From: Acidobacteriota bacterium
GTDB taxonomy: Bacteria; Acidobacteriota; Blastocatellia; HR10; J050
DNA: 34,542 nucleotides
Direction: 5' to 3'
Assembly: GCA_003696865.1 (NCBI GenBank)
Contig: RFHM01000475.1
Coordinates: 1 to 34,542, forward strand
Shown: piece by piece, positions 1 through 6,580 of the stretch
Numbering within the stretch: position 1 is the stretch's first letter
Layout of the letters: every line of letters begins with the position of its first letter
The notes under the pieces: generated by a model
Told to the model about the DNA's origin: nothing
Seen by the model: only the letters and a program-made list of their open reading frames with translations
The model's database searches: none
Position numbers and translations under genes: made by a program

Positions 1-1120
1 CCTCCAATGTGGTCAACAGCATGTCGCGGCCGATCTCACTGGGAGCATAATAGAGCAGCAATTGGATCCAGAATAGCTGAAACCCGGCCGCGACCAGCCC
101 GACCAGCGCTGCCGTGAGCATGCCCAGTCGCAATCGCAGCATGGGCATCCGACTGGCTTGCTTCAGGTCGCGGAGGAGCACGGCCCTGAGGGAGATCGGA
201 ACCAGACGAAGGAGGCGATCTACTACTGGACCGCCATCGATTCGAGCTGACAACCGGGATTGGTGGCGAGGTTGGACTCCTCCCATCCACTGATCTGGTC
301 GCGCCATCACTTCCATGTCGTGACGTGTGAGGTGCGCCCACATACGTGCGGCGAGCCACAACAGCATCCCCGTCAAAAGAGCCAGTCCTCCACCCAACCA
401 AAGGCTTTCAGCCGTTCCCTTCACAATACCTTCGTTGAGTCGCGAAAGAATCCAAAGAGGGATGAGGAACAGAGTCGCCCATGCTCGATCATCAGTGACT
501 CTGAGTCCCCTCAACAGCGATGACCAGCGGGCAATTAGCACTGCGCCGCCGGACAGTAGCAAGAGGGACATCCCTATCAAAGCGACTTCTCGACGAGCAG
601 GGGGGATGATCCTCCCCCAGAGCAGCCCCGCCAGAATCCCACAGGATGCGGCTAAGCTTGCTCCTGACAGAGCAGCCAACAACATGGCCACACTCCACAG
701 CACCAATCGCGATGCCGCCCACCCGCCAGGAGGATTGACACTCCATACTCCCCAACCGGCAGTGATTGCCCATACCCCCATCACTAAGGCGAGGCGAAGG
801 GAACGGATCATGACCTCCGCCAGACGGACGGCGGCCAGATCAGCGAGGCGAACGGGCAAACTCAGGAGAAATTCTTCCTCAGTTCGAGCATCACCGAGGA
901 GCAACGTCAGTGTCGAGGTTAAAGCCCCGAGCAGTGAGACGAAAACGATCATCAGGATAGTGATATCCCCGCCTAACTTCAGGAGGCGATCGGGTTCTTC
1001 GGTAGCAAGAAACAGAGCGCTCTTCCGACCCGCTACGTAGACTACGCCCAGGACGAGCAGCATACCTCCCCCACCAACTGCTCTGGCCGTTGAGGACCGA
1101 GCCTGGGCCCGCCGCCGCAT
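1..1120 (-). CDS. Polytopic membrane protein, C-terminal end cut by the window edge; probable membrane partner of the adjacent C39-ABC ATPase
   Basis: Absent from the ORF track because it runs off the window. Hand translation of the minus strand from ATG 1120-1118 gives MRRRAQARSSTARAVGGGGMLLVLGVVYVAG... and ends ...YYAPSEIGRDMLLTTLE at position 2. I checked every tca/tta/cta triplet in 1-1120 and none falls in this frame. Several hydrophobic stretches are present (ITILMIVFVSLLGALTSTLTLLL, LVLWSVAMLLAALSGASLAASCGILAGLLW, LIGMSLLLLSGGAVLI, GLALLTGMLLWLAA, LGMLTAALVGLVAAGF). It starts 22 nt after the ATPase stop. An alternative start is ATG 1063, preceded by GGGGGAGG. Family not recognised. Confidence 0.6.
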   Translation of the reverse strand, partial: MRRRAQARSSTARAVGGGGMLLVLGVVYVAGRKSALFLATEEPDRLLKLGGDITILMIVFVSLLGALTSTLTLLLGDARTEEEFLLSLPVRLADLAAVRLAEVMIRSLRLALVMGVWAITAGWGVWSVNPPGGWAASRLVLWSVAMLLAALSGASLAASCGILAGLLWGRIIPPARREVALIGMSLLLLSGGAVLIARWSSLLRGLRVTDDRAWATLFLIPLWILSRLNEGIVKGTAESLWLGGGLALLTGMLLWLAARMWAHLTRHDMEVMARPDQWMGGVQPRHQSRLSARIDGGPVVDRLLRLVPISLRAVLLRDLKQASRMPMLRLRLGMLTAALVGLVAAGFQLFWIQLLLYYAPSEIGRDMLLTTLE

Positions 1121-1142
1121 ACGAAGGAGAGTCCGCACTGTC

Positions 1143-2615
1143 TTATTCATCATCTTTGGCCATATCGGGTTCGGGGATTCCCTCGGCCTGCGGGTCGGTG
1201 AGCTTGAGAAAGAGATCTTCCAAGCTGGCCTGGGGATGCCCGACGAGTTCTCTCAACTCGGCCAATGTCCCCACGAACAATAACGTACCTTGGTCGAGGA
1301 TGCCGACACGATCGGCGATCCGCTCGGCAATCTCCAGAACATGTGTGGTCATGAGCACAGTATGCCCACGGTCGCGCAGAACGCGTAGCTGGTCTTTCAC
1401 CAGACGTGCCGATCGAGGATCCAAACCCTGCGTCGGTTCATCCAGGAGCAGGAGCGATGGCTCGTGCAGTTGAGCGGCAATGAAGGCGATCTTCCGGCGC
1501 ATACCATGAGAGAGAGCGCCAATGCGCGTATCCATCTTATCACCCAAAGCCATCGTCTGGAGAGCATCAATGATGCGCTCTTCCAGCTGCTTCTGGTCGT
1601 CCAGCCCATAAAGTTGTCCCACGAAGAGCAAATATTCCCGGGGAGTCAGGCGCTCATAAAGGAACAGACGCTCGGGCATATAGCCGATCGAACGGCGCGA
1701 CAGCAGACGCTCGGCTTCCGAGGCGGCCCACAGATCAATTCCATGGAGGATGATCTGGCCCGAACTCGGTGGGAGAATGCCCGTCATCATTTTCACCAGC
1801 GTCGTCTTCCCAGCTCCATTAGGCCCCAGCAAACAGAAGACCTCGCCAGCATGCAACTGGAGACTCACCTGCCGCACAGCCCAAACCCGCCGTTGATAGA
1901 CACGCGACACGCGCTTCAAAATGACTGGTGGAGAAGAGGCCACGGGAGCCACCGGCGGCAACGTCTCCTTCTCCACAGAAATATCGCTCATGCTATCCGG
2001 CGAAGAGGCTGCCTCTCCATTCACTGGGCCCGGGGTTTCTCGCCCTCCCTCAGCATGGGCTCGCGAGGAAAACGGGCTTCCAACCAGAAGCGCGAATCCA
2101 TCCCACAGCCGTTGAAATCGCTGATGACTGAGTTCGATCAATCCCAGCAGAGGATCACGTACACGCACTTTGTGAGGAGTGGCCTCATCGATTACAACCC
2201 AATGCCGGTATGGCGGCACTGGCATCCCCAGCCTCCCCAGAAGGAACCGACCGAGGCGGACCCAAAGCTGATAGGGAAAGAGCCGTTCGCTCTCCAGGAT
2301 GATCACGGCTTTTAACCGCGAGGGGGTCCGACACAGAGGGACTAAATCGGCCGGTGCGTCCAGACGGAGCCCGCGCGTTTTCAACCCGTACTGCTCGAAC
2401 CACTGCGCCATATCCAGCATGCTCATCGCCCCAGACCTGAACCGATGGTTTGCCGCCTCTCCATCGTCCAACAAATTATAGTCCCTTAACACCATTTGCA
2501 CACAGGCTTGGCCGCACGAGTTGAGATTCGGCTGAAAAGTCACCCGGTCATCGGAGATGTATCGGAGACCATTCAGAAGGCAGAGAAGTTGTCGGATCAC
2601 TCGCATCTGTCCCAT
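1143..2615 (-). CDS. C39-type papain-like peptidase domain fused to an ABC nucleotide-binding domain, with no transmembrane domain
   Basis: From ORF 1143..2861. The first ~82 codons are R/W/S-rich and overlap the better-looking ORF 2707..2961, so I placed the start at ATG 2615 (or 2606). No good SD precedes either, so the start is uncertain. N-terminal C39 hallmarks: VTFQPNLNSCGQACVQMVLRDY (Gln plus catalytic Cys) and YRHWVVIDEATPHKVRVRDPLLG (His, Asp). A Pro/Ser-rich linker (ETPGPVNGEAASSPDS...LPPVAPVASSPP) follows. NBD motifs: Walker A LLGPNGAGKTT, signature-like LSHGMRRK, Walker B LLLLDEPTQGLD, H-loop MTTH. No hydrophobic TM segments. Confidence 0.85.
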   Translation of the reverse strand: MGQMRVIRQLLCLLNGLRYISDDRVTFQPNLNSCGQACVQMVLRDYNLLDDGEAANHRFRSGAMSMLDMAQWFEQYGLKTRGLRLDAPADLVPLCRTPSRLKAVIILESERLFPYQLWVRLGRFLLGRLGMPVPPYRHWVVIDEATPHKVRVRDPLLGLIELSHQRFQRLWDGFALLVGSPFSSRAHAEGGRETPGPVNGEAASSPDSMSDISVEKETLPPVAPVASSPPVILKRVSRVYQRRVWAVRQVSLQLHAGEVFCLLGPNGAGKTTLVKMMTGILPPSSGQIILHGIDLWAASEAERLLSRRSIGYMPERLFLYERLTPREYLLFVGQLYGLDDQKQLEERIIDALQTMALGDKMDTRIGALSHGMRRKIAFIAAQLHEPSLLLLDEPTQGLDPRSARLVKDQLRVLRDRGHTVLMTTHVLEIAERIADRVGILDQGTLLFVGTLAELRELVGHPQASLEDLFLKLTDPQAEGIPEPDMAKDDE

Positions 2616-2706
2616 GAGTAGACATAGGGAGATCAGGGGGATGAGTTCCCCAGGCGCCCTCCAACATCCCGAAGTTCTCCACGGAGCATACAACCTGTCT
2701 CTCGTA

Positions 2707-2961
2707 TCAGCCCGGTGGAGAATCCCCCGTCGGAATGGGGATGATGGTGACGCTTTTGATGTAGTCCAACGGACACCACACCGAGAACCCGCTCTTAGAG
2801 TCTGTCTCCACCAACAGGCCCCGTCGATGGTTGATGTCGAGGATGTTACGAGCAATTCCACAGAAGCTCAATTCGCCACGGCACCGGAGGACGATCCGGT
2901 GGCCGAGATATTTCTTTGCATTTCCGCTATGCAGTGAGCCATCGTCTGGTGTCACGTTCAT
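2707..2961 (-). CDS. Hypothetical 84-aa protein, operon member, family not recognised
   Basis: From ORF 2707..2982. I chose ATG 2961 because it forms an ATGA start/stop overlap with the PqqD-like gene (stop 2958-2960) and is preceded by GGGAGGA with a 9-nt spacer. Sequence: MNVTPDDGSLHSGNAKKYLGHRIVLRCRGELSFCGIARNILDINHRRGLLVETDSKSGFSVWCPLDYIKSVTIIPIPTGDSPPG. Composition is protein-like, unlike the overlapping frame. Confidence 0.55.
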   Translation of the reverse strand: MNVTPDDGSLHSGNAKKYLGHRIVLRCRGELSFCGIARNILDINHRRGLLVETDSKSGFSVWCPLDYIKSVTIIPIPTGDSPPG

Positions 2962-3233
2962 CGAGATTGTTCCTCCCGCCAAAGGAAATTCCTGGTAGTG
3001 ATCAATCCCACTGCCTCGAGCCTCGCCAACAAACGCTGTGTCTCAGACTCATCGATTCCCGCCTTCGACATCTGATGGATCAACTCCGTTACCGTGTACT
3101 CTTCGGCATCGATTAATACCCACAAGCGAGCCAGAGGTCCAGTGAGAAGTATCTCTCTTCGAGGCTCCGGTTGAATGACCCGGATATACCCCGACTCCTG
3201 CAACCAGAAAGTATTCCTAAGGTCTCGGAACAT
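2958..3233 (-). CDS. Stand-alone PqqD-family protein (RiPP recognition element, RRE)
   Basis: 91 aa. GYIRVIQPEPRREILLTGPLARLWVLIDAEEYTVTELIHQMSKAGIDESETQRLLARLEAVGLI follows the PqqD pattern: beta-strand segment, L-x-x-x-a-a-x-iW-x-l-iD, 't-v-x-e-l', then a helix ending '..L...GLI'. ATG at 3231-3233. Its first ~40 codons overlap the 3' end of the SPASM gene in another frame. Confidence 0.8.
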   Translation of the reverse strand: MFRDLRNTFWLQESGYIRVIQPEPRREILLTGPLARLWVLIDAEEYTVTELIHQMSKAGIDESETQRLLARLEAVGLITTRNFLWREEQSR

Positions 3234-4744
3234 CCTTCGGCAATAGCATGATTGTCCCTCCGGCCTAATCCTTTGTCGATCGCTCGGGCCAGCTTCTCAT
3301 CATCCGGACGAGAGACGTATTGGAGAAACTCTTCGTAGCAGTCGAGCATCACCGGACAGAATGGATCTCGCTCCGAGAGCCCGTTGGCCGTCGCGCGACA
3401 TCCGCCGCCACAGAAGTAGCGGTATATGCACTGTTGACAGATGGGATCGCCATCCACGGAGAAGACGGATCGATTCCAGACGCGGCCAGCAGCCCGAAGC
3501 TGTTCCAGCGATTGTTCGGGGAACTCCCCCAGCTGACATCCCTCCCGGTCAGTAAGAGCGGCACAGGGATAGCTCTTCCCTTGAGGATCGAAACTCAACA
3601 TGGTAATGCCCGCCCCACAATTGTCACGGTGAAGGTTTCGAGTGAGATTGGTCGCGTAGTTGAATGAAGCATCGAGGTACAGAGGCCGATATCGCATTCC
3701 GCGCGCGTCTTTTCGATCGGAGAGAATATTCACATAGAGACGTCGGAAATTAATGATTGCTTGGCGGAGGAAATCTGGTTTGAGGAATCCCGCCCTTTCC
3801 AGTCGTTCGTGTTGCGCAGGATGAGCCGGAGGTTTGGGATGGTTGAGATGAATGTAATCTGCCCCCAGATGATACCCTAATTTATTGAGCTCGGGAATCT
3901 GATCCACGTTGTCCGGCGTCGGCGTGAACGCCAGACCTCGAGTCACTCTCGCTCTGGTATCGTACAATCTCTTGAACACGCGAACGACGCGCGCAAACGC
4001 TCCCTTCCCCCGGATAGCATCATGCGTGGCAGCATCAATCCCGTCAATTGAGATTTGCAGATCATCGATCATCTCCACGAGATGGTCAAACACATTCTCC
4101 CCGGGCATAGTCCCATTTGAGATGACCTTGATGTGAAAGGGAGCCGTGTGGCGACATAACCGGACGAGGTCGAGGATCTGAGAGTGAAGCATGGGTTCGC
4201 CCCCAGAAAGGACAATCTGCCTGACGCCCAATCGCGCTGCTTGATCGAAGAGTTGGCGCGCCACGTCGAGAGGGAGTTCTCGCCCGGGGCGTTCCACAGG
4301 ATAATAACAGTGAGCACAACGGAGGTTGCACGTTGAAGTCACGTGTATCCAGAGTTGGAAGAGTTTCAGCTCCTCCAGCCTTCGAGGTCGCGAAGGAGAA
4401 CCAACCGCGGCCAATGGACTCTCCGATTCCTGATCAGAACCAGCAGACGCCTCACTCTCTCTCTCGACCTCCGCATAGCCTTGGCTGATGAGAACATCGA
4501 GAAACTGGAGGATCGACGGCCGCACGGCCTCGGCAGGCAATCCGTATCGGGCGACGGCCTTCGATACGATCTGCTCGGTGGTCAACGAACGCTCGCCAAG
4601 CAGGGCGAATATCCACGCTCCGACCTCTGATGTCCGTATCCAATCCGGGACTTCGGGACGCAGTAGAACGGCCGATCCATTTTCAAAGATTTTCACCACA
4701 GGATCACTCACACGACGAATTGATCCGGTGGGATCTCCGTTCAT
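3113..4744 (-). CDS. Radical SAM / SPASM-domain peptide maturase with an N-terminal PqqD-like (RRE) domain
   Basis: 543 aa. N-terminus: VVKIFENGSAVLLRPEVPDWIRTSEVGAWIFALLGERSLTTEQIVSKAVARYGLPAEAVRPSILQFLDVLISQGY (PqqD-like). Radical SAM cluster motif CNLRCAHC (CX3CX2C) and SAM-binding VLSGGEPMLH. Full SPASM signature: CGAGITMLSFDPQGKSYPC (CX12GX4C), CQQCIYRYFCGGGC (CX2CX5CX3C), and downstream FCPVMLDC. Strong SD (AGGAGGT) 5-6 nt before ATG 4744. ATGA overlap with the upstream gene. Confidence 0.9.
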   Translation of the reverse strand: MNGDPTGSIRRVSDPVVKIFENGSAVLLRPEVPDWIRTSEVGAWIFALLGERSLTTEQIVSKAVARYGLPAEAVRPSILQFLDVLISQGYAEVERESEASAGSDQESESPLAAVGSPSRPRRLEELKLFQLWIHVTSTCNLRCAHCYYPVERPGRELPLDVARQLFDQAARLGVRQIVLSGGEPMLHSQILDLVRLCRHTAPFHIKVISNGTMPGENVFDHLVEMIDDLQISIDGIDAATHDAIRGKGAFARVVRVFKRLYDTRARVTRGLAFTPTPDNVDQIPELNKLGYHLGADYIHLNHPKPPAHPAQHERLERAGFLKPDFLRQAIINFRRLYVNILSDRKDARGMRYRPLYLDASFNYATNLTRNLHRDNCGAGITMLSFDPQGKSYPCAALTDREGCQLGEFPEQSLEQLRAAGRVWNRSVFSVDGDPICQQCIYRYFCGGGCRATANGLSERDPFCPVMLDCYEEFLQYVSRPDDEKLARAIDKGLGRRDNHAIAEGCSETLGILSGCRSRGISGSFNRSLEERYFSLDLWLACGY

Positions 4745-6186
4745 TGGACACCTCCTTTGCTCAACTTGACTTGAGCATTCTCGTCGGCTTCGATCTCAGC
4801 AATGAGCCTATCGAGCTTGGCACGAAACTGTTCATGCCTTTGCCCGGTCAGGCCAACCATTTGTTTCCCTCGCCGACTTTCATGCTCAAGGAAATACAAG
4901 GCCCGTCTGAGATCATTCTTAGTGAACCGTTGAGTGTCATAGACCGGGGTCACCAAATCGTACTTTCGCCAATTTCGCGTCGTGATGGTGATACCCAACT
5001 TCTCAGCGTCTTCGAAGAGCCGCGTTCCCGGAAATGGCGTTGATATACCGATGGCTGCCGTCCCAATGCCGTGATCACGAATCGCCTGAGCAAAGAGGAT
5101 CGTCTTCTCGATCGTAGCACGTGTGTCCGCATGATGGCCAATGATGAAGGAACAGTCCACACGCAAGCCATGACGTCGCGCAACCCGGATGGCCTCAAAC
5201 GTCTGCTCCAACCGAATATGTTTGGCAATCGCATCGAGGACACCCTGATCAGCACTTTCCACTCCGATGTGGATGGATAGACAACCAGCACGGGACATGA
5301 GAGCACAGATTTCATCACTCACTCGATCCACGCGACTTTTACATGCCCAACGAGGCGGCTCGCTGCCCGGCCACGCTGTGAGGAGATAATGACAGAACGC
5401 CTCGGCCCGCTTTCGATGAACGGTGAACGTATCATCAAGGAAGACCATGCGATTGAATCCATAGCGCCGAAAATATTCGTAAGCGAGTGAAAAGACCCAC
5501 TCGGCGGAATGAAATCGATATCGCTTCCCGGACATGGCCCGTGAAGCACAGAAAACACAATCACCGGGGCAACCCGGACTGGAGACGAACATGAAACTCT
5601 CCTTATAGGACTCTTGGAGTGCAGGCACCGACTCGTAACTTGGGAAAGGAAGGAGATCGAGGTTCGTGACAAATGGACGCGTGGGATTGGAGCGTACAGC
5701 GCCATTGACATCCCGATAGGCGAGCGACTGAATGCGCTCCACAGGCAATCCTTGCGGATGCTGCAGATGTTCCAAGAGTTCGACCATCGCCGACTCGCCC
5801 TCATGACGGATGACGAAATCAATGCAATCATAAGATAGCACCTCATCGGGCCGGAAGGTGGCATGGGGGCCACCAGCAACAATACAGGTCTCAGGGAAAA
5901 GTTCACGGACAAGAGCGGCAACCTCTATACCTTCATAGAAACACTCCGTGTAAAGAGAAATGCCCACCGCCAACGGACTCCGAGACAAAGTCGCCAACCG
6001 ACGCCGGAAATCCTGTCGGGAATGATCTTCAATCATCATATCCACGACGTGCACGGTGTACCCGTGGAGCTTCAAAAATGCGGCAATATGGAGGAGTCCT
6101 ACCGGCGGATAGGGATACTTCTCCTTGAACATCTCGCGCATCGCCGATGAACTTGCTGGCTCAATGAGCATCACATCCCGATTCAT
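4741..6186 (-). CDS. B12-binding-domain radical SAM enzyme (class B radical SAM, methyltransferase-like)
   Basis: 481 aa. The N-terminal Rossmann-type cobalamin-binding region (VMLIEPASS...YPYPPVGLLHIAAFLKLHGYTVHVVD...AVGISLYT) is followed by the radical SAM motif SSPGCPGDCVFCAS (CX3CX2C). SD GAGGGA lies 5 nt before ATG 6186. Confidence 0.85.
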   Translation of the reverse strand: MNRDVMLIEPASSSAMREMFKEKYPYPPVGLLHIAAFLKLHGYTVHVVDMMIEDHSRQDFRRRLATLSRSPLAVGISLYTECFYEGIEVAALVRELFPETCIVAGGPHATFRPDEVLSYDCIDFVIRHEGESAMVELLEHLQHPQGLPVERIQSLAYRDVNGAVRSNPTRPFVTNLDLLPFPSYESVPALQESYKESFMFVSSPGCPGDCVFCASRAMSGKRYRFHSAEWVFSLAYEYFRRYGFNRMVFLDDTFTVHRKRAEAFCHYLLTAWPGSEPPRWACKSRVDRVSDEICALMSRAGCLSIHIGVESADQGVLDAIAKHIRLEQTFEAIRVARRHGLRVDCSFIIGHHADTRATIEKTILFAQAIRDHGIGTAAIGISTPFPGTRLFEDAEKLGITITTRNWRKYDLVTPVYDTQRFTKNDLRRALYFLEHESRRGKQMVGLTGQRHEQFRAKLDRLIAEIEADENAQVKLSKGGVQ

Positions 6187-6299
6187 ATGCTTCCCTCACT
6201 CATTGGGAGGAGTGCAGGACACACCCCTCCCCTTACTTCAGCTTTTAACAACAGTACGTACAGAACGGCTATGCCGGAAGAGGTGATCAGTCCCATCAT
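6183..6299 (-). CDS. Possible 38-aa micro-ORF between the precursor and the B12-rSAM gene (small hydrophobic peptide)
   Basis: Below the ORF-track length cutoff, so hand-translated codon by codon: MMGLITSSGIAVLYVLLLKAEVRGGVCPALLPMSEGSI*. Its TGA (6183-6185) overlaps the ATG (6184-6186) of the B12-rSAM gene as ATGA, the same junction type used elsewhere in this operon. There is no convincing SD. It starts 25 nt after the precursor stop. It could be fortuitous. Confidence 0.3.
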   Translation of the reverse strand: MMGLITSSGIAVLYVLLLKAEVRGGVCPALLPMSEGSI

Positions 6300-6324
6300 T
6301 TGAAGCTGACCGAGATACTCCGCA

Positions 6325-6513
6325 TCACGGTGAACCAGGAACAGCATCATCATCTATGATGTCTACAACGGCGATCACCACAGCTCCAAAGGCGCTTCCG
6401 CACTCAATCACTGCAGCAACGAAAGCCGGCACGGCCCCACCAGAAATGCCTGCCATCTCTGCTTCACTCAACTCAGTTGATGTAATCGGTGTCGGATCAA
6501 TGAAGAGATTCAT
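6325..6513 (-). CDS. RiPP precursor peptide with a double-glycine leader (62 aa)
   Basis: From ORF 6325..6519. The track's first codon is TTG. I prefer ATG 6513, which sits 7 nt downstream of GAGGAGGT (6521-6528). Leader: MNLFIDPTPITSTELSEAEMAGISGG, which matches the double-glycine consensus (hydrophobic at -4 I, -7 M and -12 L; Glu at -8; GG at -2/-1). Core: AVPAFVAAVIECGSAFGAVVIAVVDIIDDDAVPGSP. It is the first gene of an operon that also encodes a C39 peptidase, two radical SAM enzymes and RRE domains. Confidence 0.8.
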   Translation of the reverse strand: MNLFIDPTPITSTELSEAEMAGISGGAVPAFVAAVIECGSAFGAVVIAVVDIIDDDAVPGSP

Positions 6514-6550
6514 CACCAATACCTCCTCAGGAAACTCTCACTCCTCAATG

Positions 6551-6580
6551 GAGCGGCAAACTCAAAAGAATTTGCCGCTC
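6551..6580. promoter_or_regulatory. Perfect 10-bp inverted repeat with a 10-nt spacer, 38 nt upstream of the precursor start codon (operator or 5'-UTR hairpin)
   Basis: GAGCGGCAAA (6551-6560), ctcaaaagaa, TTTGCCGCTC (6571-6580). A second palindrome, ATGCAA-T-TTGCAT, lies at 6588-6600 and shares the TTTGC core. No U-tract follows on the minus-strand transcript, so it is not a classic terminator for that strand. Confidence 0.4.

Noticed and set aside
327-1040. 237-aa plus-strand ORF, together with minus-strand ORFs 36..401 and 492..773
   Set aside because: The composition is R/S/A/P-rich with no hydrophobic core logic. They lie antisense to, or out of frame with, the hand-verified open minus-strand frame that encodes a plausible multi-TM protein. 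These are typical shadow ORFs of a GC-rich gene.
1464-2315. 283-aa plus-strand ORF and several 60-130-aa ORFs inside the C39-NBD gene
   Set aside because: They are antisense shadows of a gene with unambiguous Walker A/B and C39 motifs.
2616-2861. N-terminal 82 codons of ORF 1143..2861 (MELLVTSSTSTIDGACWWRQTLRAG...)
   Set aside because: The sequence is W/R/S-rich junk that overlaps the better-supported 84-aa ORF (which has a good SD and an ATGA junction). The C39 domain begins only after Met83/Met86.
5319-5921. 200-aa minus-strand ORF inside the B12-rSAM gene
   Set aside because: It is an alternative frame of the same strand with no motifs, whereas the 481-aa frame carries the CX3CX2C and B12-domain patterns.
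6325-6513. Possibility that the 62-aa ORF is just a small membrane protein rather than a RiPP precursor
   Set aside because: Its hydrophobic stretch could span a membrane. However, the exact double-glycine leader pattern, the strong SD, its first-gene position and the co-encoded C39 peptidase, RREs and rSAM enzymes make the precursor reading much more likely. The alternative is kept as the stated refutation condition.
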